A stretch of DNA of 64,000 nt from Candidatus Latescibacterota bacterium (GTDB lineage: Bacteria > Latescibacterota > UBA2968 > UBA8231), in NCBI GenBank assembly GCA_965217095.1, contig OZ244235.1, positions 3,829,319-3,893,318 of the forward strand, read 5' to 3'. The notes beneath the pieces are model-generated. The model was not told where the DNA came from. It ran no database searches and saw only the letters and a list, made by a program, of their open reading frames with translations. Both the position numbers and the translations under genes were made by a program. This document shows, in pieces, positions 49,331 to 59,500 of this stretch (positions are counted from its first letter, which is position 1; each line of letters begins with the position of its first letter).

Positions 49331-50461
49331 CTATTTCGATTCGGTATTCTCTTCGGCCTCGCCACCACCGAAGAACGCGCGCTTGAGTTTCTCCTCCTCG
49401 GTTTCGGGCGGACGTAGATTCCAGATTCGCTGCTGGGCGACCTGTTCCCATGACGGGTCTTTCTTGGCGATCTCGAACGCTGCTATCGCTTCATCCTCCG
49501 CTCCTTCCAGGGCGAGCAGGTCACCATTCAACAGTTGCAGCCGGGAGTGTTTCGGATCGATGCCTAGCCCACCGTTCAACAAACGGCGCACCGCGACCCG
49601 GTCCCCACGCGTGAGGCGCATCTCCGCCAATAGCGCCACGCTGTCCAGGTCCTTCGGGTTGGCCTGGACCATGCCCTCGAGACCGCGTTGCCGCAGATCG
49701 TGTCTACCTGCCGTTTTCGCCATGGTGGCAATGCGGTTGTAGTAGGCGTAGCCGCTCACCGTATCCACCTGCGCCAGGCGCAGCAGCGTTTCGGCGGCCG
49801 CGTCCATGTCCCCCATCCGCTCCTGCAGCCGCGCCATCGCATCCAGCGATTCTCGCCGATCGGCCGCTGCGACGCCGGACGTATCCGCAAGCAGCTCTTG
49901 TCGCCATTTCAGCGCCAGGGCCGCCTGACCCGACCCTTCGTAGAGCACGGAGATAATCTCTGCCAGTTCGGAATCACCGGGCAAGCCGACGGCGAGCTGG
50001 GTGTAATGTGCGAGTGCCCGCTCGGTGCGGTTCCGGCGGCGGTAGAGGTCGGCAAGCAGACGCCGGTTGGCGTTATCTGCCGGCCTCATAACGAGAACGC
50101 GTTCGAGGCACGACGCCGCCGCGTCGGCCTCGCCTTGTTCACTCAGGACCCGGAACAAAACCAGGTTTGCATTGACGTGGGTAGAATCGAGCCTCAACGC
50201 TTCGGCGAGGGACGCGCGTGCCGCAATCATATCGCGACTCTCGTAGAAGACCCGCCCCAGCCGGTAGTGGGCTCGCTGATCGTCGGGCTTGAACTCGAGA
50301 AATCGCCGGTAATAGTCGATGGCGGCGGGATAATCCTTTCGATCGCCGGCGGTCTTTGCCAGGAAACGGTATTTCCGAATGGAATCGGCGAGCGTTTCCT
50401 CTGCCGCTTCTGCCCTCCAAACAAAGACGCATGTAACCGCGATAGCAGCGGCATTCAACAT
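49331..50461 (-). CDS. secreted TPR-repeat protein
   Basis: Signal-like N-terminus, multiple TPR helices; own TTGACA-18-TATATT near 50540-50568; start uncertain. Confidence 0.8.
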   Translation of the reverse strand: MLNAAAIAVTCVFVWRAEAAEETLADSIRKYRFLAKTAGDRKDYPAAIDYYRRFLEFKPDDQRAHYRLGRVFYESRDMIAARASLAEALRLDSTHVNANLVLFRVLSEQGEADAAASCLERVLVMRPADNANRRLLADLYRRRNRTERALAHYTQLAVGLPGDSELAEIISVLYEGSGQAALALKWRQELLADTSGVAAADRRESLDAMARLQERMGDMDAAAETLLRLAQVDTVSGYAYYNRIATMAKTAGRHDLRQRGLEGMVQANPKDLDSVALLAEMRLTRGDRVAVRRLLNGGLGIDPKHSRLQLLNGDLLALEGAEDEAIAAFEIAKKDPSWEQVAQQRIWNLRPPETEEEKLKRAFFGGGEAEENTESK

Positions 50462-50586
50462 GAGTCTTAAGAAAGTTTTTTGGGTGCGGAAACCGAGGTT
50501 TCTGGGCTGGGCAGGCATCGGCGAGTGCATTGGCCAAGAATATAGAACGGCGGAAAATCGGGTGTCAACGCAACGGCCTCTGTCTG

Positions 50587-50673
50587 TCACCACCAATCGT
50601 AGCCTCCGCCGGTTTCCCCGCGCAACGACAGCAGACCCCATAGAATCCGCGAGCCGAGCTCCCCAAAAATCAA
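50587..50673 (-). pseudogene. displaced 3' end of the DUF6785/6784-like gene
   Basis: Removing the IS and one TSD restores ...FMG-LIFGELGSRILWGLLSLRGETGGGYDWW*. Confidence 0.85.
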
Positions 50674-50693
50674 CGCAATCAGTGTTTTAGGGC

Positions 50694-50721
50694 TTGACAT
50701 TCGATTATTTATTGGTATAAT
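50694..50721 (+). promoter_or_regulatory. consensus sigma70 promoter at left IS end
   Basis: TTGACA-16-TATAAT; the -35 lies inside the TIR. Confidence 0.75.
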
Positions 50722-50871
50722 GAATTGACAGAGATTGACCTCCGCCAGCTGTCAGTAGGTTCTAGCATCATCTCATAAGCCCGACCGGGACATTACCCGG
50801 TCGGGCTCCATTCTTGCCATTTTGCGGCTCGAACCGCGAAACGGCTTAACATAGCAAGGAGATCACTCGCT

Positions 50872-51042
50872 ATGTCAAATCTTCCATTTCAATATAGCCG
50901 TATCCGGTCCGCTAGAACATCCCTTGCCAAGTTTTTTTTCAAGGTTTCCCTGGCGATAGTTCCCGAGGGGCATTTTCTCCTCTGGGCCGATCAGCTCCAG
51001 GATGAAACGTGGTTGAGGATCAAAAAACGCCCTGGCTTTTGA
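50872..51042 (+). CDS. 56-aa small ORF (IS passenger)
   Basis: AAGGAG SD; MSNLPFQYSRIRSARTSLAKFFFKVSLAIVPEGHFLLWADQLQDETWLRIKKRPGF. Confidence 0.45.
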   Translation: MSNLPFQYSRIRSARTSLAKFFFKVSLAIVPEGHFLLWADQLQDETWLRIKKRPGF

Positions 51043-51072
51043 CTGTCCCTACTGGGAAACCAGGCAGAGATC

Positions 51073-51378
51073 ATGATTATCCAATTGAATCATCCCCAAA
51101 CGACCGTGCAGAAGACCGCGAAGGTAGGCTTTTCATGGACTTCACTCTTCTTCGGTTTCCTCGTGCCCTTGGTGCGTGGAGACATGAAATGGATGGCAAT
51201 CCAACTCGTCGTAGTGACTCTCACTTTCGGGTTGGCCTACTTCGTTGTCCCTTTCGTCTACAATAAAATCTACATCCGGGAATTGCTGGAAAAGGGCTAT
51301 ACCCCCATTTCGGAAGAGGACCGGGACATTCTCGTCGCAAAGAATTTCCTTGTGGCCTCCGCGTTCGATGACGCCTAG
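51073..51378 (+). CDS. HrgC/DUF2628-like small membrane protein (IS passenger)
   Basis: KVGFSWT.LFFG..VPL.RGD...YNK.YI..LLEKGY. Confidence 0.75.
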   Translation: MIIQLNHPQTTVQKTAKVGFSWTSLFFGFLVPLVRGDMKWMAIQLVVVTLTFGLAYFVVPFVYNKIYIRELLEKGYTPISEEDRDILVAKNFLVASAFDDA

Positions 51379-51406
51379 CTGCGGATGTTTTTCCTACCAC
51401 CCCGCT

Positions 51407-51729
51407 TTATCCACACTCATCAAGAGCGGCCTGGGCTGATACGAGGTTGTCTTTTGCAGCTTGATACTCTTGCTTGAGTACGTTGAGGTCTTCAAAGGAG
51501 GGGTAACTGATTGAGTTCAAATCGGAAAAACCAGGATCGGATTTTGATGAATTAGGACTCTTCAAATGCAAGGAAGGAGCTTCATTGGGAGTAAGCATTT
51601 TTACGACTTGCAACAGGGACTTTGACATTTCCACAGACACTTCATGCGTATTATGGCAATTTCTTCTTTCGCTTCCCGTGCCTCCCTAAAGGCACGGCCT
51701 ACAATGGCGTCTTTCTCTTCTCGAGTCAT
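51407..51729 (-). pseudogene. helical passenger protein downstream of transposase, frameshifted near 51640
   Basis: AGGAG-ATG MTREEKDAIVGRAF...IRMK shifts to SVEMSKSLLQ...AALDECG*. Confidence 0.5.
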
Positions 51730-51767
51730 TTCGTTGTCTCCTGTCCCAAAAAGTTCCGTATTATTAC

Positions 51768-52649
51768 CTATGCAAAGCACCCGCTAATAAAAGAACCGAA
51801 GGCATTGTCGTCTTTCCGGTGGTTGTACTTGAAACAAGCCTCGGCCACGTAGAGCGGCGTGTAGTGTTTGGTGTAGTGGTGATGCGATCCATACCAGGCG
51901 CGCTTGAGCAGGGACCAGACGCCTTCTATCGTGTTGGTGTGAATCTCGCCATCGACATAGTGCTGAGAATGCTGAATCACGCAGTGATCCATGATCCTTC
52001 GCACCACGTTGTAGGCCCCGTATTCGTCCGTGACCAGCGTCGCGGCGTCAGGATCGATGGCGCGCTTGATAAAGGCGAGTACGCCCTTGCCGGAGAGATC
52101 GTCGGCGACTTCGGCCACAACCTTCCCTGAACGCTCCACAGCGCCGATAACAGCGGTCTTGCGCGTTCCTCGTCCTCTGGCGTTGGGCTTGTCGTCATCG
52201 CGCTTGTTGCGCTTCCTGGGGCGTCCGCCAACGTAGGTCTCGTCGGCTTCAATGAGGCCGCTTAACATGATTCTTCCCTGCTTGGTAGCCATTTCAGCCC
52301 GAATGCGCTGCTGCATGTACCAGGCGGCGCGCTGATTCAAATTCAAGTCACGACCAAGCTGGCAACTGGACAGGCTTTTCTTGGCGTTCACGATCAGGGC
52401 GATGGCGCAGAACCACTTCTGCAAGGGCAGGTGCGTTCCCTGAAACATCGTCTTGGACAAGACATTGAAGCTGGCCTTGCAAGCGTGACAGTTCCAGCGC
52501 CCGATTCTATTACCTTCCTTCTTGCGGGCGCACTCCCCGACCGTACCACACAAGGGGCAAAAGGGTTCATCACCGAAGCGAACCAGCTCCAAATGGGCGA
52601 TGCAGGCATCCTGCGTCGGAAACCTCTCTGTCACGGTTATCAAGTTCAT
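51768..52649 (-). CDS. IS1595 family DDE transposase
   Basis: Zn ribbon CPLC/CHAC, EADETYVGG, VTDE, HTNTIEGVWS. Confidence 0.95.
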   Translation of the reverse strand: MNLITVTERFPTQDACIAHLELVRFGDEPFCPLCGTVGECARKKEGNRIGRWNCHACKASFNVLSKTMFQGTHLPLQKWFCAIALIVNAKKSLSSCQLGRDLNLNQRAAWYMQQRIRAEMATKQGRIMLSGLIEADETYVGGRPRKRNKRDDDKPNARGRGTRKTAVIGAVERSGKVVAEVADDLSGKGVLAFIKRAIDPDAATLVTDEYGAYNVVRRIMDHCVIQHSQHYVDGEIHTNTIEGVWSLLKRAWYGSHHHYTKHYTPLYVAEACFKYNHRKDDNAFGSFISGCFA

Positions 52650-52733
52650 TCTCCGCTCCCTTATTGGTTGTTTTTCTTATACTTAAGATAACCAATAAGG
52701 GACTGAATGTCAAGCCCTAAAACACTGATTGCC

Positions 52734-54559
52734 AAAATCAAACCCATGAAGAACGGTCGTACCCGCTGGTAGGTGCCGGCGCCGCCGTAACGAACGACGA
52801 TCATCTTGACACTCCAGCCCACCAGGGCAGAACCCCACAACAAGGTGCCGAGACCGGTTCCATATACGAATCCGGCCGGGTGGAACGGAAACCGCACGAA
52901 AACGAGACGCAGGAAAGAAAGAACAGCCACCACTGCCCCTCCGAAACCGATGGCCGCCAATCGGTCCCAATCGGTGCCGGCCGCACGGGTGCCGACCTCG
53001 GCGTAGAGATAATGGTAGTAGCGGCCCAGGCGCGCGACCGAACGCCCGCCCCCTTGTTGGTCCAAGGTAAAAAGTCCGTGTTCGTACACGACGCTCAATA
53101 GCGACCACATTCCTGCCACCAACCCCAAAACGACGCCAAGACCGAGAACGGTGACGACCCCCTGGCGTCCGGTTTTCAACACCGACGCCATCTTGAACCC
53201 CTCGAACTGCAGCATGGCGATGGCCCCGATTCCGGTGTAATTGAGAGCGGTCAGGAAAGCCAGCGCAACATATTCCGAGCGGCTGAACACTCCCGGTCCG
53301 GAGCCGGCGAAAAAGAAGAAGAGGTTCCCGGTCACGAAATAGATGGCGGTAACCGGCAGGCCGGTGTCAAGACGGAGACGCATCATACCGACCGTCGTCA
53401 GCAGCAGCAGCGAGAAATAGAGCGCACTCAACCAGGCTGGCAGGCCGGCGGCGACACCCCAACAGACCATCAGCGCAAACCCGCCGAGCAGGAGCCAGGC
53501 GCCTTTCCCCTCGCGCGCTGCCGCTGCACAGGCGTGGCGGGCGCGCCAGAGATAGATGACCGCGAGGGTCAGCAGCGCCCCTCGAGCTTGCGCCTGCAGA
53601 TGGGGAAAGAAATTCGGCCACTCGCGCCACTGGGCGCCCAGACCGACGAAGGAGCCGTGGTCGTCGGCGCGCCCGATGAGCTCGGCATACAAGAGCTGCA
53701 CGCGGCTGCCGAGGAAAAAGAACCAGGTGCTGAAGGAGACCTCCACCGACAGCAGATAGCTCAAGCCGACCAACAGCGGCGAGAAATAGAAGACGAAGCG
53801 GGATTCGAACGGAGCCATCGCCTTCCACGGATCGTCGATCAGAACGGAACGCAGATCGAAGTAATGTGCGATCTCACCTGGGACGAGGAAGAAATGGTTG
53901 ATACCGTTGACTCCGAAGAGAATCACCGGCACCGAAACCCCGAGCCAGAATGCCCTGCCGCGGAGGAGTACGCCGCCGCGTTCGATCAGTTCCAGAGGGA
54001 TCTCGGTCAGGGGAAAGCGCAGGTGTTCCTCCTCGATCCAGCGTCGATGCAGGAGCATCACCAGACCCAGAAAAGCCGCGAAGAGACCGGCAACCAGGAC
54101 CGACCAGGCGAGAAGAGGAGCGATCCAGCTGTGCCAGGGTACGACGGCCGCCCCCTCGAAGAAACCATCGACGGCGAGCGAATCGGACGGGTCGGGCGTC
54201 ATCCAGCTCGGGATATGCTTCAAGAAGGGGTGGAATCGCTGGCTCTCGTCGGCGTAGGAATACGGTCCGGTCACCAATCCCGCCAGCAGGTATTGGGCCC
54301 AACCGGTCGACGCCAGAGGCAGGGCGACGGCGAGCAACAGATAGAGGGCAAGAAGCTCACGGCGGTCGAAGCTTAACCACCGCCCCAGGATCGCCGACGC
54401 CAAAAGAACCAGGGACATGAGGAGAAGCGGGAGGGGCGGCAACGGACCCGTCGCTAAGGAAGGTCCTCCGTAGACAAGCTCGACCCGCTGCAGCAGCCAG
54501 GAGCCGCCAACGGTGGCGAAAAGGGCGAGGACCAGCACCCGCATGCTGAGGTATCGCAT
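52734..54559 (-). pseudogene. DUF6785/DUF6784-like polytopic membrane protein, interrupted by IS
   Basis: W..PLLAW, RWIEEEHLRFPL, FPFHPAG, VRYGG..Y...PFFMGL; about 30 C-terminal aa displaced. Confidence 0.75.
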
Positions 54560-54571
54560 TGACTCACCGCA

Positions 54572-56539
54572 TCAAAAAGGGAACTGGGCCACCGACCTGG
54601 TTATGAGAACGATCGCAACGGAAGCCATTCCGGTTATTCCGTTGCCGCAGGCGAAACCGGCCAAGAGTACAGGGGCGTACTGGCGCCATTTGATGTCGCC
54701 AAAGCGCCGGGCGAAATAATAGCGTCCCAGGCAAGCCCCCAGCATCTCGGGAATCAGCAGATGCGGCAGACCTTGCAGTCCGCGAACGAAACCGTAGACC
54801 AAAGAGACCGGCAACCCCCAACCCGCCAGCACCCACAAGCCGGCAAGGGTCCCACCAAATCCTCCCAGCACCCAGGGCAGTTTCACCACCTCGACGAATT
54901 CCAGGTTGCCACCGGCGGTAAAGGAAAACCACATGAACTGTCGCAACGCGAGCAAATGCCAGTACTTCTGCGCGTATGGAAAGGCTATGGACGGTATGGG
55001 TCCCATATCCCAAATCAGCGACCAGAACAATAAGCCACACCCCAGCGCCAGTGGCAGAATGAGCAGTTCTGCTTTGGCGATACTGGTGAATCTAGTTCCG
55101 GTGAGCTCGACCTCGCGGAACAGCTGCGCCCGGCGACCATGGTCGTCGTACGGAATGGGTGCGAACCAGATGTCGACCCCGCGATAGCCGCTCAATAGAA
55201 AGGCCCCTTCGCGAACCAAGGGAATGCCCACGGTTTGTCCGGTGAGCCCCGACATTCGAGCGTTGGCATAGGAGAGCAGGGGCGTCATGACAAAGGCGAA
55301 CCCCAACAGAAAGACGAGGGGGAAGTGGTCGTCTTGCAATAGCCACAGACACATGGCTACGTAGCACGCAGCGGACCCGACATAGAGCAGAACCGCTATC
55401 CATATGGGAAAATCGCCGCGCCCTGGCGGGGTTTTCAACGCCTGGTGCCCACCGCCCCTGTACTCGTTCAACGCCCGAACGGCGTAGATGATACCAGTAA
55501 TACCCACCGCCCCGCCCGTGCCGATGTAGACACTCATCCAGACATCCAGATCGTTGCTAAAGTGGGTGAGCACCGTGTCCATCCCGGGACTCCACCGCGG
55601 CAGATGACCCAGATGAAAGAGCAATGGATTCGCCAGCATCTGCACCAGGGAGGCCGCGAAACCACCCACGACTACCCAGAACGGCAACACGAATCCCACC
55701 AGGACCAGACCGAGATCGGTGGAGATGCCGATCGGCGTGGCCGGCAGTAGATGCTCCAGCTCCCGGGTCAGATCTATCCACGGAATGGGAAGAAGAACGA
55801 TCGGCCGGCTGGCGATCAGACTGGTCAGCGCCGGCAACGCGATGAACAAGGCGCCAAACAGCAGGCCGATCCCCATGCCCACGGAGAAAACATGCCAGCG
55901 CCAGCTTTCGCGACCGGAACCGCTCTCCGCCAGGGCCGTGGCACCTTGTGCGGCGACCGGAGCTAGGGGAAAAGGCAACTTCTCCACGTCGGAGGTGAGG
56001 CGGAACAGCAGATAACCGAGCCCAAACCATTCGGCTCGCGCCAGCACCTGCCCCAGTACCAATAGCGCGATCGGCACCACCCAATCGCCATGGACAAACG
56101 TTCGCGCCGCCAGCGCCGCGGAATCAGCTCCGGGCACTACCCAGCTCGGGATCTGCGCGGCGATCCCGAGGGCCTGACCTACCTGGGACTGCACCAGATA
56201 CTGATACCATATCAACCCACCCAGGGGTCCGCCGGCGAGCATGACACCACCGAGGACATGAGTCAGTCCGCCGGCGATGTAGTAGATCAAGTAGATCTCT
56301 TGTCGACGCAACGGTGTGAACGCGCGTCGCGCCATCTCAGCGAATAGGATGACCGTTACCCATTCCGCCGCCGCCCCCATGCTGGTACCGGCGATGAGCC
56401 CCATGTAAATGGCACCGGGCATCATCAGGAAGCCGATGAAAAGCCCGCCCAGGGCGGTGCGCCACGTCATGCCCTCCTCGAATTCTTGAGGAGGCTGCAT
56501 CAGCTCCCGGTAGTCCTCGAAATCCTCAGTACGCTTCAC
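54572..56539 (-). CDS. OPT-like peptide transporter membrane protein
   Basis: GTG start overlaps upstream stop; AEWVTVILF.E, DVEKLPFPLAPV, IPS..FPY. Confidence 0.75.
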   Translation of the reverse strand: MKRTEDFEDYRELMQPPQEFEEGMTWRTALGGLFIGFLMMPGAIYMGLIAGTSMGAAAEWVTVILFAEMARRAFTPLRRQEIYLIYYIAGGLTHVLGGVMLAGGPLGGLIWYQYLVQSQVGQALGIAAQIPSWVVPGADSAALAARTFVHGDWVVPIALLVLGQVLARAEWFGLGYLLFRLTSDVEKLPFPLAPVAAQGATALAESGSGRESWRWHVFSVGMGIGLLFGALFIALPALTSLIASRPIVLLPIPWIDLTRELEHLLPATPIGISTDLGLVLVGFVLPFWVVVGGFAASLVQMLANPLLFHLGHLPRWSPGMDTVLTHFSNDLDVWMSVYIGTGGAVGITGIIYAVRALNEYRGGGHQALKTPPGRGDFPIWIAVLLYVGSAACYVAMCLWLLQDDHFPLVFLLGFAFVMTPLLSYANARMSGLTGQTVGIPLVREGAFLLSGYRGVDIWFAPIPYDDHGRRAQLFREVELTGTRFTSIAKAELLILPLALGCGLLFWSLIWDMGPIPSIAFPYAQKYWHLLALRQFMWFSFTAGGNLEFVEVVKLPWVLGGFGGTLAGLWVLAGWGLPVSLVYGFVRGLQGLPHLLIPEMLGACLGRYYFARRFGDIKWRQYAPVLLAGFACGNGITGMASVAIVLITRSVAQFPF

Positions 56540-59500
56540 GCCGGCCGGTCCATCTGGAGATATTGGGATCGGGTGGCGGGCGTCAGAGATCGCCACACCA
56601 GAAACTGTTTTCGCAGCTGATTCAGCAGCAGCTTGTTCGACCGCAGCCAGGCTGAGCGATCGCCGGAGCACCGTACGCTGACCGCCTCCAGGGCGAAGAA
56701 TCGCGCGCCCACTTCGGCTATCGCATGCAGCTCGAACTCCTGAGACAGTCCCTGGTCGAAGGGGGCCAGCCACATGCGTGCCCGCAGGATCGGCACTGGA
56801 TGGCGACCGGATGCGGATACGGTGCCGGATTCCAGTTCGGTTTCTTCGACATAGAAGAGGGCACCGATCGATTGTTCCGTATGTCCTTCGAGAAACTCCG
56901 AGACAAATACAACGAGACCCGCCGCCTCGTTTCGCGAAAGCGCGAACGGCATGGGCACAGACAGGGTATCTCCGTCCGCTTGGGGCAAGCGCCATGAGCG
57001 CTCGATGCCCGGCACGCATATGCGCGCGGCTTCACGAGCGGGATACAGGGTCGACAGCAGCACCACCGCCGCCACAGCGGCGGTGGTTGCCACCGCAGAG
57101 AGCGAGGAGTAGTTCACGGTGAGGCCGGGAAACATGCCGAAGAGCAAACCAAGCTTCGCTACGGACTGGCCCAGGAGATAACCCAGGGCGCTGCTGATTA
57201 CGGCGTAAACAACGGCCTCGGCGAGGAAGAGTCCCGCCACGTGCATCGGCGCGAGTCCAACGGCGTTCAAGGTGCCGATATCGCCGATCCGTTCGTGGAC
57301 CGAGCCCAGCATCGTGTTGAAGACGATCAGTGCCGCGACCAGAATTGGGACCCAGATACCCGGCCGACCGCTAAACGCCTGCACACCGGCGGTGTTTATG
57401 AGGTACCTAAAACCCCCGTTGATGGCGAACAGATTCAAGCTGATCTCTTGCGCCAGATCATGCGCCGCGCGGTTCCCGTTGCGCGTCGCAACAGCGACGG
57501 ATGTTAGGCGCGATTTCTCCCCCCAACGCCTCACCACGTCGAACGGTAGAATCAGCACCCGCGCGCTTTCCAGGTGCGCAAACGCCGAGTGAATCTCCGA
57601 CACGCCGCTGCCGATCGTCTTTTCGACCGGCTGGTGGGTTTCCTGGTCCAGGGGGGTGAGCGGTCCCCCGCCGATATCCCGCAGCTGATCAAAACTCGGG
57701 GGGTCGAAGAATCCGATCACTCTGAATTCCGCACCCAGAAAGCGAATCCATTCCTTGCCGACCGACCTGATGGTCAAACCCAGCTTGTCAGCCATCTCGG
57801 TGCTGAGGAGGCACACATCCACCTCTTCTTCGTAGAACCAGCGGCCGCCGACCAAGGTTTGGTCGACTGCTGTGATCAGCGGTTCATTTGGCATCAACCC
57901 CAGCGTCCCATTCACGCGCGCCGAGCGGACACCGGATTCCGCCGTTGCCGGCGCCACGTACCAGGCACGCGCCGCGGTGGACGCCGCACCGAAGCGCGAC
58001 CGCAACAGCTCTAAGACCCGGTGTTCCAGCGTCTCCCATCCCGGGTTCCGGACCAGCAGGGCGTCTCCATGCTCGGCCGGTCCAATCCGCGTTTCGTTGT
58101 AACGCACCGCCTCGCGGATGGAGGTGAACGAAAGCATTGAAAAGGTCAACAGTACGAGGGTGAGGGAGGTCAGCGCGGTGCGCATCGGGCGGCGTCGCAG
58201 CTGACCTATTCCCATGAGGAGTGCGCGGAATAGCAGGCCCGTGCGGTCGGTGTCGACACGGTGAGCCGCCCGGCGGTTAACGGAAGAGCGCAGTTGCGCG
58301 TTCAATCGAGAAATCCCCATGATCGCCACCACCAGGCTCAAGGCGAGGATGACGAAGCCCAGAAGAATCACCAGCGGATAGATGCTCAACTCAAAAGCCG
58401 GATGTACGTACCGAAGTAGAAAGAAGACGATCAGGAAGATCCCGAGGGACCCGAGCACCTGGCCGCGAAGATGGGCACTTTCGAGAACGAGACGCTCTCC
58501 GAAATAGGCAACCGGCAGCAGCAGGAACAGGAAAAACAGGACCCCGTGGACGACGTCCAACGTCAGACTCTGTACGCCGTTGTATGTCCGCGAGGCATAG
58601 CTTCGGGCTCTGTTGGTCAATGCGAAATAGTTTCGTAGTGCCTCGACGACAGCGCCCCTCTGGCCTGCGTTAGAAGCGATTCGGTGGTGGCGTGGGTACT
58701 CTCCAGAAGCGGACTGTTGATGCCATGCCTGCGCAGATTCCTCAGCCGTGATGCGTTTAGCTCGTAGGTGTCCGTCGCGATCTGCAAACCGGTTTGATTG
58801 AGACGGGGATACCGCGCCGCTGCGAAACCGGAACCGGTCGGGCGCGTCCCGTTGCCGTTGAGCAGAAGTAGCGCTCGACCTATTCGGAACCGCCCGCCGG
58901 TCATGGTAAACTTGGCGGCGACACCTGGTGGCAAAAACGCAACGGCCACTTGCTCCACGCCACTGCCGGTGCTGTTGAAATATCCTCGCGTTGCGATTTC
59001 GTCCGGCGTTGCCGTGGTCGAGAAGCCGAAGTTCACCGGTCGTGCATCGGAATCGGCGTCCAAGATTTCCAGATGTTCCAGCGTTTTCATGCTGAGCGGA
59101 TCGAACGTGTCGAACAGGGTGATCGGTTGACACCAGAACCCGACCAAGGGGGAGAGCTCCTTCTCCAGCTGGTCCATGCGGATCTCGTTGGGGTACTGCT
59201 GGACTCCGAACGGGCCGCGATCCAGTGCGAAGTTCAGCTCCCCCGTATGGTCGTCGGTGCGGAACATCTCCACCTGAATCGGTTTGAGGTACAGGGTGCG
59301 GGCTTCGACCCCTTCGAACGAGAAGCGGCCTTCCCCATCGCTCAGCGCCAGCGGATCCATGCGCACGCCCATAATGACATGATGTCGAGTGCGAACCCGC
59401 ACGAGTGCGCCTTCTATTGGGAGGTTCGGGCTATATGCTTGGACCCCCCAAGTAAGCACTCGACCTTCTACGGTGCCGAAGGAATCCTTGCGCGGGTCGA

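Larger units (their letters stand above)
50674..52733. mobile_element. IS1595-family element with passenger genes (2060 bp)
   Basis: 28-bp perfect TIRs (50675-50702 / 52705-52732), 8-bp TSD AAAATCAA (50666-50673 / 52734-52741), lower GC. Confidence 0.95.

Noticed and set aside
52661-52733. Apparent C-terminus of the 632-aa ORF
   Set aside because: Read-through into the IS terminal repeat; the true C-terminus is at 50587-50673
56540-57019. N-terminal extension of the 815-aa ORF
   Set aside because: Overlaps the permease 3' end; transporter-like sequence starts at GTG 56539
58617-58660. Programmed ribosomal frameshift in the permease gene
   Set aside because: No slippery heptamer; a single missing A in a short run explains it, as mutation or sequencing error
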